The translations under genes were made by a program, and so were the position numbers. A stretch of 32,000 bases of DNA from Methanopyrus kandleri AV19 (lineage in GTDB: Archaea; JAADCQ01; Methanopyri; Methanopyrales; Methanopyraceae). Below are positions 1 through 8,647 of the stretch, piece by piece. The notes beneath the pieces are model-generated. The model saw only the letters and a list, made by a program, of their open reading frames with translations, had not been told where the DNA came from and ran no database searches. The DNA is taken from assembly GCF_000007185.1 (NCBI RefSeq), contig NC_003551.1:210001-242000 (forward strand). The letters run 5' to 3'. Position 1 is the stretch's first letter. The number at the start of each line of letters is the position of its first letter.

Positions 1-2
1 AG

Positions 3-659
3 CCTGGTCGCAAACTGGCCAAGAAGTTCCAGGAAGAGCTACGCGGCGTCGTAGGTCGAGTGGAACGCGTGAAGATGCCCATCGGACACGACGTGGAACA
101 CGTGGACCTGGAAATAGTGGAGAAGGAGCTCCGCAGCGCCCTCGTCCGCGCCGGCCTCAAAAGTCTCAGGGACATTAAGGAGCTGCGCGAGGAGATCAAG
201 GAGCTTCAAGAGGAAATCGAAGAGAAGGAAGAGCTCATCGAGGAACTCGAGGAGAAAGAATCGGAGTTGGAAGAACTGCGCGAGAGACTAAAGGAGATCG
301 AGAAGGAAAAAGCGCTCCTGGAGGAGGAACGGGACAGACTACTGGATGAAGTCGAGCGGCTCAGAGACCGCCTCGAAGAGCTTGAGGAGGAGCTGGAATC
401 CGCGGATCATCTGCGGATCATGGACCTCGAGTCCGTGTGTGAAGAGGCGGAGCTGAGCCCGGAGGACGTAGAGCCGGAGGTCCTAGAGGAGCTCGGAGAA
501 GAGCTCGAAATCCCGATAGTGGTAGGGTCCACCCGAATTGCAGCACCGTCCAGGGAGGACGCTGTCAGGGTACTAAAGATCTACAAGCTCGCCCGAAAAG
601 TGGTCGATGGCGAGGGGGAGGAGGAAAACGAAACGACTCCAGGAGATCCTGAAGTCTGA
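3..659 (+). CDS. Acidic coiled-coil protein, 5' end truncated by window edge
   Basis: ORF track starts at 60, but the same frame is open to the window edge (PGRKLAKKFQEELRGVVGRVERVKM...). Long E/K/L heptad-like region, then a folded-looking C-terminus. Confidence 0.7.
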   Translation, partial: PGRKLAKKFQEELRGVVGRVERVKMPIGHDVEHVDLEIVEKELRSALVRAGLKSLRDIKELREEIKELQEEIEEKEELIEELEEKESELEELRERLKEIEKEKALLEEERDRLLDEVERLRDRLEELEEELESADHLRIMDLESVCEEAELSPEDVEPEVLEELGEELEIPIVVGSTRIAAPSREDAVRVLKIYKLARKVVDGEGEEENETTPGDPEV

Positions 660-1632
660 TGATTTCTTTCTAGAGAAGGTGGAGAAGCTCGAGGAGCTCG
701 CAGAAGGTGAACCCTGTGCCCTCGTCAGGCGCCAAAACGTTGAGTGGATAACCCATTTTCCCGGTCTAGCGTTCCACGCCGACTTCGAGTCCGAAGAGTA
801 CACGCTGGTTGTCCACCGTATGGATTCGAGGGCCGTTCGGGAGTGGCCGATTCCGGAGACCGTCGAAGTCATCACACACGATGAGGCCAACCGCCTGACT
901 CCCGCCCGGGCCGTCGACGACGAGTCGGCGGCCCGCAAGGTACCCTGTTATAGGGTGAAGAACGTTAACGAGGACGTTACGAGGGCGCGTCTCTCCAAGT
1001 CGAAGAGTGAGCTGAGGTTCATTGAGGAGCTAGTGGAAGCGACCGAGCGGATACTCGTAAAAGTTCTCCCACCCGAAGACTCGGAGGCCGAGGTAGCATC
1101 CGACCTCATAAGGGAGGCCACGATTCGCGGCTTTCAAACGGCATTCGACCCTATAGTGGCGTATGACGAGGGTGCCGGTGTACCCCACCACCGACCGAGT
1201 CCCGAGGAAAAGACCTGGACGAAATGTGCGTTGGTAGATTACGGGATCAAGATGGTGTACTGCACGGACATCACGAGGACCGTAGTGTCCGAGAACGAGG
1301 CGGGAGACGTCCTCGAAGTCGTCGTGAACGCCCTCGAGGAGGCACTCCGAGAGCTTCAGGCGGGTGTGAACCCGAAGGAGCTCGAGGAAGAGCTGAGAGG
1401 GTGGATGGAAGACGAAGCGCCCGGATTCGAGTTCCCCCACAGCCTCGGCCACCATGTGGGAGTCACGGTCCACGAGGGCCGTCTCATGGGTCGATTGCCG
1501 GAGGGAGCCGTGATCACCGTAGAGCCCGGGCTTTACTCGGATGAGTTCGGGATCCGCGTCGAGGAAATGGTGGTCGTCGGGAAGCGAAAATGCCGAACGC
1601 TAACCAAGCTTCCGCGGGTGTGGGAGCGTTGA
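607..1632 (+). CDS. M24 family metallopeptidase (Xaa-Pro aminopeptidase/dipeptidase-like)
   Basis: Pita-bread fold motifs: VDYGIKMVYCTDITRTV, FPHSLGHHVGVTVHEG, GAVITVEPGLY, GIRVEEMVVV. The N-terminus overlaps the previous ORF, so the start is uncertain. Confidence 0.85.
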   Translation: MARGRRKTKRLQEILKSDDFFLEKVEKLEELAEGEPCALVRRQNVEWITHFPGLAFHADFESEEYTLVVHRMDSRAVREWPIPETVEVITHDEANRLTPARAVDDESAARKVPCYRVKNVNEDVTRARLSKSKSELRFIEELVEATERILVKVLPPEDSEAEVASDLIREATIRGFQTAFDPIVAYDEGAGVPHHRPSPEEKTWTKCALVDYGIKMVYCTDITRTVVSENEAGDVLEVVVNALEEALRELQAGVNPKELEEELRGWMEDEAPGFEFPHSLGHHVGVTVHEGRLMGRLPEGAVITVEPGLYSDEFGIRVEEMVVVGKRKCRTLTKLPRVWER

Positions 1633-2726
1633 AGGAAGTCCTACCGGGTATTCGAGCGCTGGGAGATCTAGAAGCCGCGGAGAAAGTCGTCAAGAGGTGC
1701 TCCGGTGGAAGCACGGTGATGGTGTGTGTGATCGGTAGTACCGAAATCAGCCGCGTTCCCGGTATCTCAGCCGCGGGTAAAACGCCGGAGTCAACCTTTC
1801 ACACACCCGCAGGAGATGTCGAGTTGATATACTACGACAGGATCATCAACGCCGAGGAGGTCCCACAGAACCCCGTGGGTGCTCCCTCACCCGCGGTGAT
1901 AACGAAAGCCGTCGTGAACTTGGCGTCTATCCCCTTCTTGACGGTGGATGCCGGGGCAGCCGTGAAACCCGCTTGCCCCTACATCGACCTCGGAGGTGAG
2001 GTCGCGAGGGACTTCCGCGAAGGGCCGGCACTGTCGGAGGAAACCTACGACAGACTGCTGGAGTTCGGTAAAACGCTCGGTAAGGAGCTCACCCGCGATG
2101 TGGACTTCCTAACCGTGGGGGAAAGCGTGCCGGGCGGGACTACCACGGCGATGGCCGTGATGACTGCGTTGGGTTACGAAACCAGTGAAAAGTTCGCGAG
2201 CAGCTCCCACGATTCTCCGCACGATATCAAGGAGCGCGTGGTGAAAGAAGGCCTGGAGGCGCAAGGAGTAGAACCGGGTGACTTGGACGCCCACGAGGCG
2301 ATCAGGAGGTTCGGAGATCCTATGATGCCTGCGGTGGTAGGCATCATCTACGGGTCCAGGACACCGGTGCTCTTGGCGGGTGGCACGCAGATGGCCCCAA
2401 TCCTAGCGTATCTGGCGGAGGAAGGACAGTTGGACCCGGAACGGGTATTCGTCGGAACTACCAAATACGTGGTCGAAGACGAGGACTCCGACATCGAAAG
2501 TCTGTTCCGGCAAGTGGGTGACTACGTTCTATTCTCCGCGGACCCCGGGTTCTCGGAGTCCAAGTTCCGTGGGTTCAGGTTGTACGAGGAAGGGTACGTA
2601 AAGGAGGGTGTCGGTGCCGGTGGGGCTCAGGTAGCAGCTGCGTTGAAAACGAAAGGAGAGATCACACCGAAAGACGTTCTGAGGGAGTGCGAGCGGGTTT
2701 ACGAGCGGTGGATGGATAAATTTTAA
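1590..2726 (+). CDS. TIGR00303/CobT-like (nicotinate-nucleotide--dimethylbenzimidazole phosphoribosyltransferase-related) protein
   Basis: 378 aa, glycine-rich VGESVPGGTTTAMAVMTALGY, GTQMAPILAYL and GVGAGGAQVAA motifs. The start may be TTG at 1629 rather than 1590, given the overlap with the upstream gene. Confidence 0.75.
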   Translation: MPNANQASAGVGALKEVLPGIRALGDLEAAEKVVKRCSGGSTVMVCVIGSTEISRVPGISAAGKTPESTFHTPAGDVELIYYDRIINAEEVPQNPVGAPSPAVITKAVVNLASIPFLTVDAGAAVKPACPYIDLGGEVARDFREGPALSEETYDRLLEFGKTLGKELTRDVDFLTVGESVPGGTTTAMAVMTALGYETSEKFASSSHDSPHDIKERVVKEGLEAQGVEPGDLDAHEAIRRFGDPMMPAVVGIIYGSRTPVLLAGGTQMAPILAYLAEEGQLDPERVFVGTTKYVVEDEDSDIESLFRQVGDYVLFSADPGFSESKFRGFRLYEEGYVKEGVGAGGAQVAAALKTKGEITPKDVLRECERVYERWMDKF

Positions 2727-3457
2727 CTAAATAACTTTTCTACCAAAGTACGCTCAAACCTACGATGCTCTAAGAAGTGGTTATTAGGATCTTTTATTAA
2801 TATGTAGACTAAGTAAGGGTACAGAATCGGGAAGAAAACGACTATAAGTATGTGAATTCCGAAGTTCCTATAAGGTATTTTTCTGAAGAAAGATATGCAC
2901 ATATCCAGTTCATCAGCTAGCAATGATGCGATAGCACTTTCCCTCGCCTCATGCAGATAAAAATCCCGCATAAGCCTGTATGCAACGTACAGATACGCTA
3001 CTCCGAAGGTGATGGTACCCAAAAATATCCACAAGACTTCATCCAAATGGCCCAACTCCTCGATATCTTTTACTTTCCTGAATATGGCCAAGTAACAGGA
3101 CTTAGAGATGCACTCGGTGCGGTACAGTATCTCGGAAACTATACGGAACAGTTCCGAGGATCGCTCGAAGTGCTTGTTCCTCCTCCGGATGAGGATATAG
3201 AATAACGCCGCGTTGACCGCGAGGAAGGCCGCGAAGAGTACCACCGTTCCCACGGTGAGGGCGGTTCCACCGGCGGATACTACGGAGGCCCCACTGGCCG
3301 TCGCCACGCACACCGTAGCGATCACGGACACCGAGGCCGAGGCGAGCGGGCCCAGGACTACGACACCGATTCCGAGCGCGGGGTTCAGGATCATGTCAGT
3401 ATCTTCCGCGCGTTTCAGAGCCCGCTCCAGTTCTCGAAGCCACTCGTCGGTGGACAT
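2723..3457 (-). CDS. Uncharacterised multi-pass membrane protein
   Basis: 244 aa with several hydrophobic segments (ILNPALGIGVVVLGPLASASVSVIATVCVA, LTVGTVVLFAAFLAVNAALFYILI, WIFLGTITFGVAYLYVAYRL, IHILIVVFFPILYPYLVYIL). The C-terminal part is markedly AT-rich. Confidence 0.65.
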   Translation of the reverse strand: MSTDEWLRELERALKRAEDTDMILNPALGIGVVVLGPLASASVSVIATVCVATASGASVVSAGGTALTVGTVVLFAAFLAVNAALFYILIRRRNKHFERSSELFRIVSEILYRTECISKSCYLAIFRKVKDIEELGHLDEVLWIFLGTITFGVAYLYVAYRLMRDFYLHEARESAIASLLADELDMCISFFRKIPYRNFGIHILIVVFFPILYPYLVYILIKDPNNHFLEHRRFERTLVEKLFS

Positions 3458-3460
3458 GCC

Positions 3461-4513
3461 TCACCCTCCGCCGAACCTGTACTCTATGAAACACGGGCCT
3501 TCCTCCGACACCATGCACGGGCCTACGGGATCCGTCGGAGTACATTTCGTGCCGAACAACGGGCAGTCCCGGGGCTCGGCCAACCCTCGCAGTATCCGAT
3601 CACATATGCAGGATTCGTCGTGTCCCAGGGTGTAATCCGGCCGTATTCCAATCTCAATCGCATCGTGATCTGCGAGGTCCTCACGCAGCTTCAACGCCGA
3701 CTCGGGGATGGTCGGGAAACCCCGCCACGGCCTATCTTCGGGCTCGAACGCCCTTTCCATCAGTTCCTTCGCGACCGGGTTCCCCCTGTCCTCGACTGCC
3801 CTGAGGTACTCGTTGGTGACTCCCACACGTCCCCTTCTGAGCATCTTGAGGCACGCCAGTACCGCGATCAGAACGTCCTCGGGCTCGAAGCCGGCGACCA
3901 CGCACGGGAGCTCCCGGGCTACGGACTCGTAGGGCCCCGTCCCGATGATCGTGGACACGTGACCGGGACATATGAACGCGTCGAGACGGCACTCGCCCGA
4001 CTCCAGCAACCACTCCATCGCAGGTGGTATCAACCGGTGAGCCGACAGCACGTAGAAGTTGGAGGGCGGGTCATCGAGGAGCACGGCCGCGGTGGTCGGT
4101 GCCGTAGTCTCGAACCCTACCGCCAGGTAGAGGACATCACGGTCCTCGGACTCGGCGATCTCCTCGGCCTTCCTAACGCTCTGGACCACCCTGACGTCCC
4201 CATCGCATGAGGAGAGGGATCCGACAGGAGTGGGGACCCTGTACACGTCCCCGAAAGCGCACACGACCATGCCATCTTCCGCAGCCTTTATGGCCGCGGC
4301 GAGCTCTCCCGTAGTGGTCACACACACGGGGCACCCTGGACCGCAGACTAAACGGACGTTCTCGGGAAGCAACGATCTGAGACCGTGTTCGACTATAGTC
4401 CGTTCATGGGATCCACACACGTGCATGATCGTCACATCACGATCGAGGGTCTCGGCCTCCTTATGGATTCGACGGACGAGCTTTCTCACGAACTCCCGAC
4501 GTGTCATTTTCAA
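3461..4513 (-). CDS. hypD: Hydrogenase maturation protein HypD
   Basis: Conserved motifs: MHVCGSHE, CGPGCPVCVT, AVGFETTAPTTA, CPGHVSTIIG, VAGFEPEDVL and the Cys-rich C-terminus. Confidence 0.95.
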   Translation of the reverse strand: MKMTRREFVRKLVRRIHKEAETLDRDVTIMHVCGSHERTIVEHGLRSLLPENVRLVCGPGCPVCVTTTGELAAAIKAAEDGMVVCAFGDVYRVPTPVGSLSSCDGDVRVVQSVRKAEEIAESEDRDVLYLAVGFETTAPTTAAVLLDDPPSNFYVLSAHRLIPPAMEWLLESGECRLDAFICPGHVSTIIGTGPYESVARELPCVVAGFEPEDVLIAVLACLKMLRRGRVGVTNEYLRAVEDRGNPVAKELMERAFEPEDRPWRGFPTIPESALKLREDLADHDAIEIGIRPDYTLGHDESCICDRILRGLAEPRDCPLFGTKCTPTDPVGPCMVSEEGPCFIEYRFGGG

Positions 4514-4739
4514 GCTCCTCCTCGATGTGTTTCAGAACTTCTTCCCAGATCTCAAGGGACGCTCGTGCTTCCTCCTCATCTAGCTTCTGAATCGCGAAAC
4601 CCGTGTGAACGATGACCCAATCGCCCTCCTCCACGTCCTCCAGCAAGCTCACGTCGACCTCCTGTCGTACGCCTCCGAAGTCCACCACAGCGCGGTTGCC
4701 ATCGAGCTCCACGATCCTTCCGGGAATCGCCAAGCACAC
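4461..4739 (-). CDS. hypC: Hydrogenase maturation chaperone HypC/HupF
   Basis: CLAIPGRIVELDGNRAVVDFGGVRQEV...GDWVIVHTGFAIQKLDEEEA is the HypC signature. The start is moved from 4748 to the GTG at 4739 so that the essential Cys is residue 2. Confidence 0.93.
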   Translation of the reverse strand: MCLAIPGRIVELDGNRAVVDFGGVRQEVDVSLLEDVEEGDWVIVHTGFAIQKLDEEEARASLEIWEEVLKHIEEELENDTSGVREKARPSNP

Positions 4740-4759
4740 GTCGTCCACACCCCGCTGGG

Positions 4760-5236
4760 TTGAACCGAAGAACTTCTTTCGTATTTTCTCCCGAGGGCCA
4801 GGGGGAAGCTCCGGTGCCGTGGGAGGAGATCGAGCACACGGCGGATGCCGCGTTCCGAGTGTGGGCCGACACGCCTGAGGATCTCCTGGTTGAAGCCGCC
4901 AAGGCGCTGTTCGATCTGATCACGGACCTGGACGCGGTGGAACCCGAGGAGGAGGTGGAGATCGAGGCGGAAGGAGGAGACCTAGTGGAGTTACTACACG
5001 ACTGGCTCGAGGAGATACACTTCCGACACGAGATCGATGGAATGCTGTTCTCCGACTTCGAAGTGAAGGAACTGAAGAAAGAGGAAGGATGGAAGGTACG
5101 TGGCGTAGCCCGAGGTGAGCCCTACGACCCGGACCGACATCCGTTCCACACCGAGGTCAAGGCCGTGACCTACCACAACATGAAGGTCGAGCGCGAAGAC
5201 GGACGGTGGGTAGCCGAGTACGTGGTCGACTTGTGA
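4760..5236 (+). CDS. Archease (RtcB-associated protein)
   Basis: EEIEHTADAAFRVWADTPEDLLVEAAKALFDLI...HDWLEEIHF...VKAVTYHNMKVE...VVDL archease signature. The start may be GTG at 4814. Confidence 0.9.
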   Translation: MNRRTSFVFSPEGQGEAPVPWEEIEHTADAAFRVWADTPEDLLVEAAKALFDLITDLDAVEPEEEVEIEAEGGDLVELLHDWLEEIHFRHEIDGMLFSDFEVKELKKEEGWKVRGVARGEPYDPDRHPFHTEVKAVTYHNMKVEREDGRWVAEYVVDL

Positions 5237-6432
5237 AGGGGGCAGGTCGATCTTTGAACCTGGACCGTTATCGGAACATCGTCCGTGAGACGGAGCGGAA
5301 GTACATCAATGTGAACCCTATCCAACGAGGGGGCGTGCTGACCCCGGAGGCTCGGAAAGCCCTCCTGGAGTTCGGAGATGGGTACAGTGTATGCGACTTC
5401 TGCGAGGGGTTGCTCCATGAGATCGAGAAACCTCCCATCCGACAGTTTCACGAGGACTTAGCCGAGTTTCTCGGGATGGACGTTGTGCGGATCACCGCCG
5501 GTGCGAGGTACGCGAAGGAAGCCGTCATGAGCGCGCTGTGCGAGGAGGGAGACGTAGTCGTCGCGGACTCGCTCGCGCACTACACCACGTTCGTCGCCGC
5601 GGAGAAGGCGGGAGCCACGGTCCGCGAGGTCCCGAACACCGGTCACCCGGAGTACAAGGTGAAGGTCGACGAGTACGCCCGGGTCATCGACGAGGTTGAG
5701 GACGAGCGGGGAGACCCACCCGCGTTGGCGTTACTCACACACGTCGATAGTGAGTACGGGAACCTCGCGGATGCGGAGAAGTTCGTGAAGATATGCCGCA
5801 AGAAGGGTGTTCCGGCGCTGCTCAACTGCGCCTACACCATGGGTCGCATGGACCTGTCCAACCTGAGCCCGAAGCCCGACTTCATGGTCGGTAGCGGTCA
5901 TAAGGGCATGGCCGCGTGCGCACCGTGCGGCGTACTCGCGATGCGGGAGGAATGGGAAGAGGAAGTGCTCAGGGGATCCTCACTGCGCGGAGACGTCTCC
6001 GGTCGGGAGTGGCCACACAAGGAGGTCGAAATGCTCGGATGTACCGTGATGGGAGCGCCGATCGTCACTATGATGGCCAGCTTCCCCCACGTCGTGGAGC
6101 GGGTGAAACGTTGGAAGGAGGAGGTGCGAAAGACGCGGTGGTTCGTGAAGGAGATGGAAAGGATAGAGGGCGTACGACAACTCGGTGAGCGACCGAAGCG
6201 GCACGATCTGGTGAAGTTTGAGACTCCGGGCTTCCACGAGGTGGCGGAAGACCATCCCAGGCGCGGCTACTTCCTGTACGAGGAGTTGAAAAAGCGTGGA
6301 GTCATCGGTATCCAACCCGGACAGACCGAGACCATCAAGGCCAGCGTATACGGTCTGACGGACGAGCAGGTAGAGCACGTCGTGCGAGCGTTCCACGAGA
6401 TCGCGGAGGAGTACGGGCTAGAAGTCTCCTGA
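5206..6432 (+). CDS. pscS: O-phospho-L-seryl-tRNA:Cys-tRNA synthase (SepCysS), PLP-dependent
   Basis: INVNPIQRGGVLTPEARKALLEFGDGYSVCDFC...ITAGARYAKEAVM...SGHKGMAACAPCGVLA (PLP-lysine region). The start may be TTG at 5254, since 5206 overlaps archease. Confidence 0.93.
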   Translation: MGSRVRGRLVKGAGRSLNLDRYRNIVRETERKYINVNPIQRGGVLTPEARKALLEFGDGYSVCDFCEGLLHEIEKPPIRQFHEDLAEFLGMDVVRITAGARYAKEAVMSALCEEGDVVVADSLAHYTTFVAAEKAGATVREVPNTGHPEYKVKVDEYARVIDEVEDERGDPPALALLTHVDSEYGNLADAEKFVKICRKKGVPALLNCAYTMGRMDLSNLSPKPDFMVGSGHKGMAACAPCGVLAMREEWEEEVLRGSSLRGDVSGREWPHKEVEMLGCTVMGAPIVTMMASFPHVVERVKRWKEEVRKTRWFVKEMERIEGVRQLGERPKRHDLVKFETPGFHEVAEDHPRRGYFLYEELKKRGVIGIQPGQTETIKASVYGLTDEQVEHVVRAFHEIAEEYGLEVS

Positions 6433-6568
6433 GTCGTTCGGTCGGACCGACGGGGATCTCCCGCGGAAGTATTGAGGGACAGGAGCCCTAGATAGCGCGC
6501 CGGAGCGTGACTGTGACGTGTGCGGAGTGAAGTCATAAGGTGTCAAGCCGCCGTCCCCGACCGCACGC

Positions 6569-6593
6569 AATTGTTACGAATATCATAACTATT
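6569..6593. promoter_or_regulatory. Imperfect palindrome, candidate operator (copy 1)
   Basis: aattGTTACGAATATCATAACtatt. The 17-bp core has 6/8 symmetric pairs, and 24/25 bases are shared with 28850-28874. Confidence 0.55.
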
Positions 6594-6608
6594 GGAGGGG
6601 GAACCTCC

Positions 6609-7232
6609 GTGCGGATGGTGGTGTTGTTCTCCGGAGGTCCGGATTCACTGCTGGCGGCGCTGATCGCCTGCGATGAATACGACCCGGAGAAGATCATCCT
6701 GGCGACGTACGATAACGGCGTGCTGATCGGCGTGGAAAAAGCCGGCATCAACTACTCCCAGGTGAAACGTGCCACGGACGCCGAGGTAGAGTGGAGGATT
6801 TTCGACATCCATGGACCCTTCCACCGATGGGGGCTTCGAGGTCTCGAACGGAGGATCTTACGGTTCGGTTGGAACCCGGTGTGTCTGGACTGCAAGTTCT
6901 GTATGCTCTTCCACGCACTGGAGAAGTTGGAACCCGACGTGATCGTAACGGGGGACAGGGAGTCCAGGAAGTATCCGGAACAGACGCCGGAGGCTAAGGC
7001 TTTCTGGGAAGAAATGTGCGGCGAGTACGGCTGCGAGTACTTCACACCGCTCTGGGATTGGAAGAAAAGAGGCGTTTACGAGGAGCTGGCCCGACGGAGG
7101 GTATCGGTGAGGGGATCGGAGCCCAAGTGCATGCTGGCGGGCTCTTGGAAGAAGCCGGTGAGTGAGGAGAAAGTCGAACGTTACCTGGAGGGACTCCGGA
7201 AGAGACTTCTGGGGTTACGCTCTACTCCTTGA
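6609..7232 (+). CDS. Uncharacterised PP-loop superfamily ATPase
   Basis: N-terminal VVLFSGGPDSLLAALIA PP-loop, Cys cluster CLDCKFC, VIVTGDRESRKYPEQT. GTG start at 6609 has a GGAGGGG Shine-Dalgarno (6594-6600). The ORF-track start at 6540 would run through a palindromic element. Confidence 0.8.
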   Translation: MRMVVLFSGGPDSLLAALIACDEYDPEKIILATYDNGVLIGVEKAGINYSQVKRATDAEVEWRIFDIHGPFHRWGLRGLERRILRFGWNPVCLDCKFCMLFHALEKLEPDVIVTGDRESRKYPEQTPEAKAFWEEMCGEYGCEYFTPLWDWKKRGVYEELARRRVSVRGSEPKCMLAGSWKKPVSEEKVERYLEGLRKRLLGLRSTP

Positions 7233-7764
7233 GTTCCTCGAGCTTCTCCGCGAGGCCCTCCAGCTCTTCGAGGGCGTCCTCCATCTTAGTGCAGCACTCC
7301 CTCAGGCCCTCCACGACTCGAGAGATGGTGGTGGAAACTTCCTCCATCTCGGACTTCAGTCGCTCCACCTTCTCCTCCTCCACCCTGAGTTTCTCCTTGA
7401 TGTCCTCAACGCCGGTGACTATCTGAAGCTCCCCGCTCTTGAGCATCTCGTAGGTCTCCAGGACGAGCTCTCCCGCCTTAGTCTCCCCCTGTAGGTGCTT
7501 CCTGATCGTGGCCTCGGTACGTCCCAGCTCCTCGGCGATCTCCGATATCGTGTACCCCGCCTTCTGTCTCGCGAGGGCCGACGCGGCCACCGCTAGCGAG
7601 TCGACCCAAGTCAGGAACTTCTGCTCGTGGATCATCTCCAGCACCTTCGGACGGAAGAGCGTGGCCACCAGCAGCACCGTCTCCAGCTGGTGGATCTCCT
7701 GCCGATCCATGGGCTGGAACGGGATCTCCGTGAGGTCGATTACCTCCTTCACGCTCTCTGCCAT
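7222..7764 (-). CDS. Predicted HTH transcriptional regulator with C-terminal coiled coil
   Basis: YTISEIAEELGRTEATIRKHLQGETKAGELV (HTH, ParB/sigma-like) followed by a long acidic heptad-rich tail. Confidence 0.7.
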   Translation of the reverse strand: MAESVKEVIDLTEIPFQPMDRQEIHQLETVLLVATLFRPKVLEMIHEQKFLTWVDSLAVAASALARQKAGYTISEIAEELGRTEATIRKHLQGETKAGELVLETYEMLKSGELQIVTGVEDIKEKLRVEEEKVERLKSEMEEVSTTISRVVEGLRECCTKMEDALEELEGLAEKLEELKE

Positions 7765-7842
7765 ACTTGATGCACCCTCAATATAAGGAGGGATCCGGCT
7801 ATTTAAACTCTAAGAAACAGAACCTCAAGGGGCGACGGAGCC

Positions 7843-8598
7843 TTGTTCGTCAAGTTCGATTCGCACGTGCACCTGGATGTAAGATGTGAGGACGACATGA
7901 AGACCATGAGTCTCGCCGGAATACGGTACGTCCTGACGCTAGCCCACGATCCCATGCCGTTCCGTACCGCGGAGGCCCTCTTGGGACACTGGGAGGCTGT
8001 CGAGTCAACCGCGGAGACCGCGGTAGATTACCTGATCGACGCGAAGGTGGGACTGGGGGTACATCCGAGGGCCATCCCGGACGAGGGCCTCGAACTCGCC
8101 CTCGAACACCTCGAGTCGAAGCTGAGTGATCTGGACGCGGTAGGAGAGATCGGGCTGGAGGAGGCCACAGACGAGGAGGTGAAGGTATTCCGGGAGCAGC
8201 TGGACCTCGCCGCGACCGAAGACGTACCCGTCGTCGTTCACACTCCCCGGAGTCGTGATCCGAACGTCATCTCGAAGATCATCGAGGTCGCCAGGGACTC
8301 GGATCTGCACCCCGACCTGATCGTGATCGACCACCTCAACGAACAGTACGTCGACGCGGTCCTCGCGGAGGGTTTCAACGCCGGGATCACCGTGCAGCCC
8401 GGTAAGGCGACCGTCGAGGAGGCCGTCGAGATAGTGACCAATCGAGCCGAACACGCGGACCGCATTCTTATCAACAGCGACGCGTCGAGGGCCCTGAGTA
8501 ACGTCTTAGCGGTGGCCGAGGTGGCGTTCGAGCTGGAAAAGAGGGGATTCGACGCCACCGAAGCGGTGGTACGGGACAACGCCCTACAGCTTTTCTAA
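7843..8598 (+). CDS. TatD-like metal-dependent hydrolase
   Basis: FDSHVHLDVRCEDD, GLGVHPRAIP, VGEIGLEEATDEE, VPVVVHTP, LINSDASRA metal-binding motifs. Confidence 0.85.
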   Translation: MFVKFDSHVHLDVRCEDDMKTMSLAGIRYVLTLAHDPMPFRTAEALLGHWEAVESTAETAVDYLIDAKVGLGVHPRAIPDEGLELALEHLESKLSDLDAVGEIGLEEATDEEVKVFREQLDLAATEDVPVVVHTPRSRDPNVISKIIEVARDSDLHPDLIVIDHLNEQYVDAVLAEGFNAGITVQPGKATVEEAVEIVTNRAEHADRILINSDASRALSNVLAVAEVAFELEKRGFDATEAVVRDNALQLF

Positions 8599-8647
8599 CC
8601 CGGCACCCTCTTAACGCCGTCCCTCCCCGCCCACCCGGGGTGCGAAC

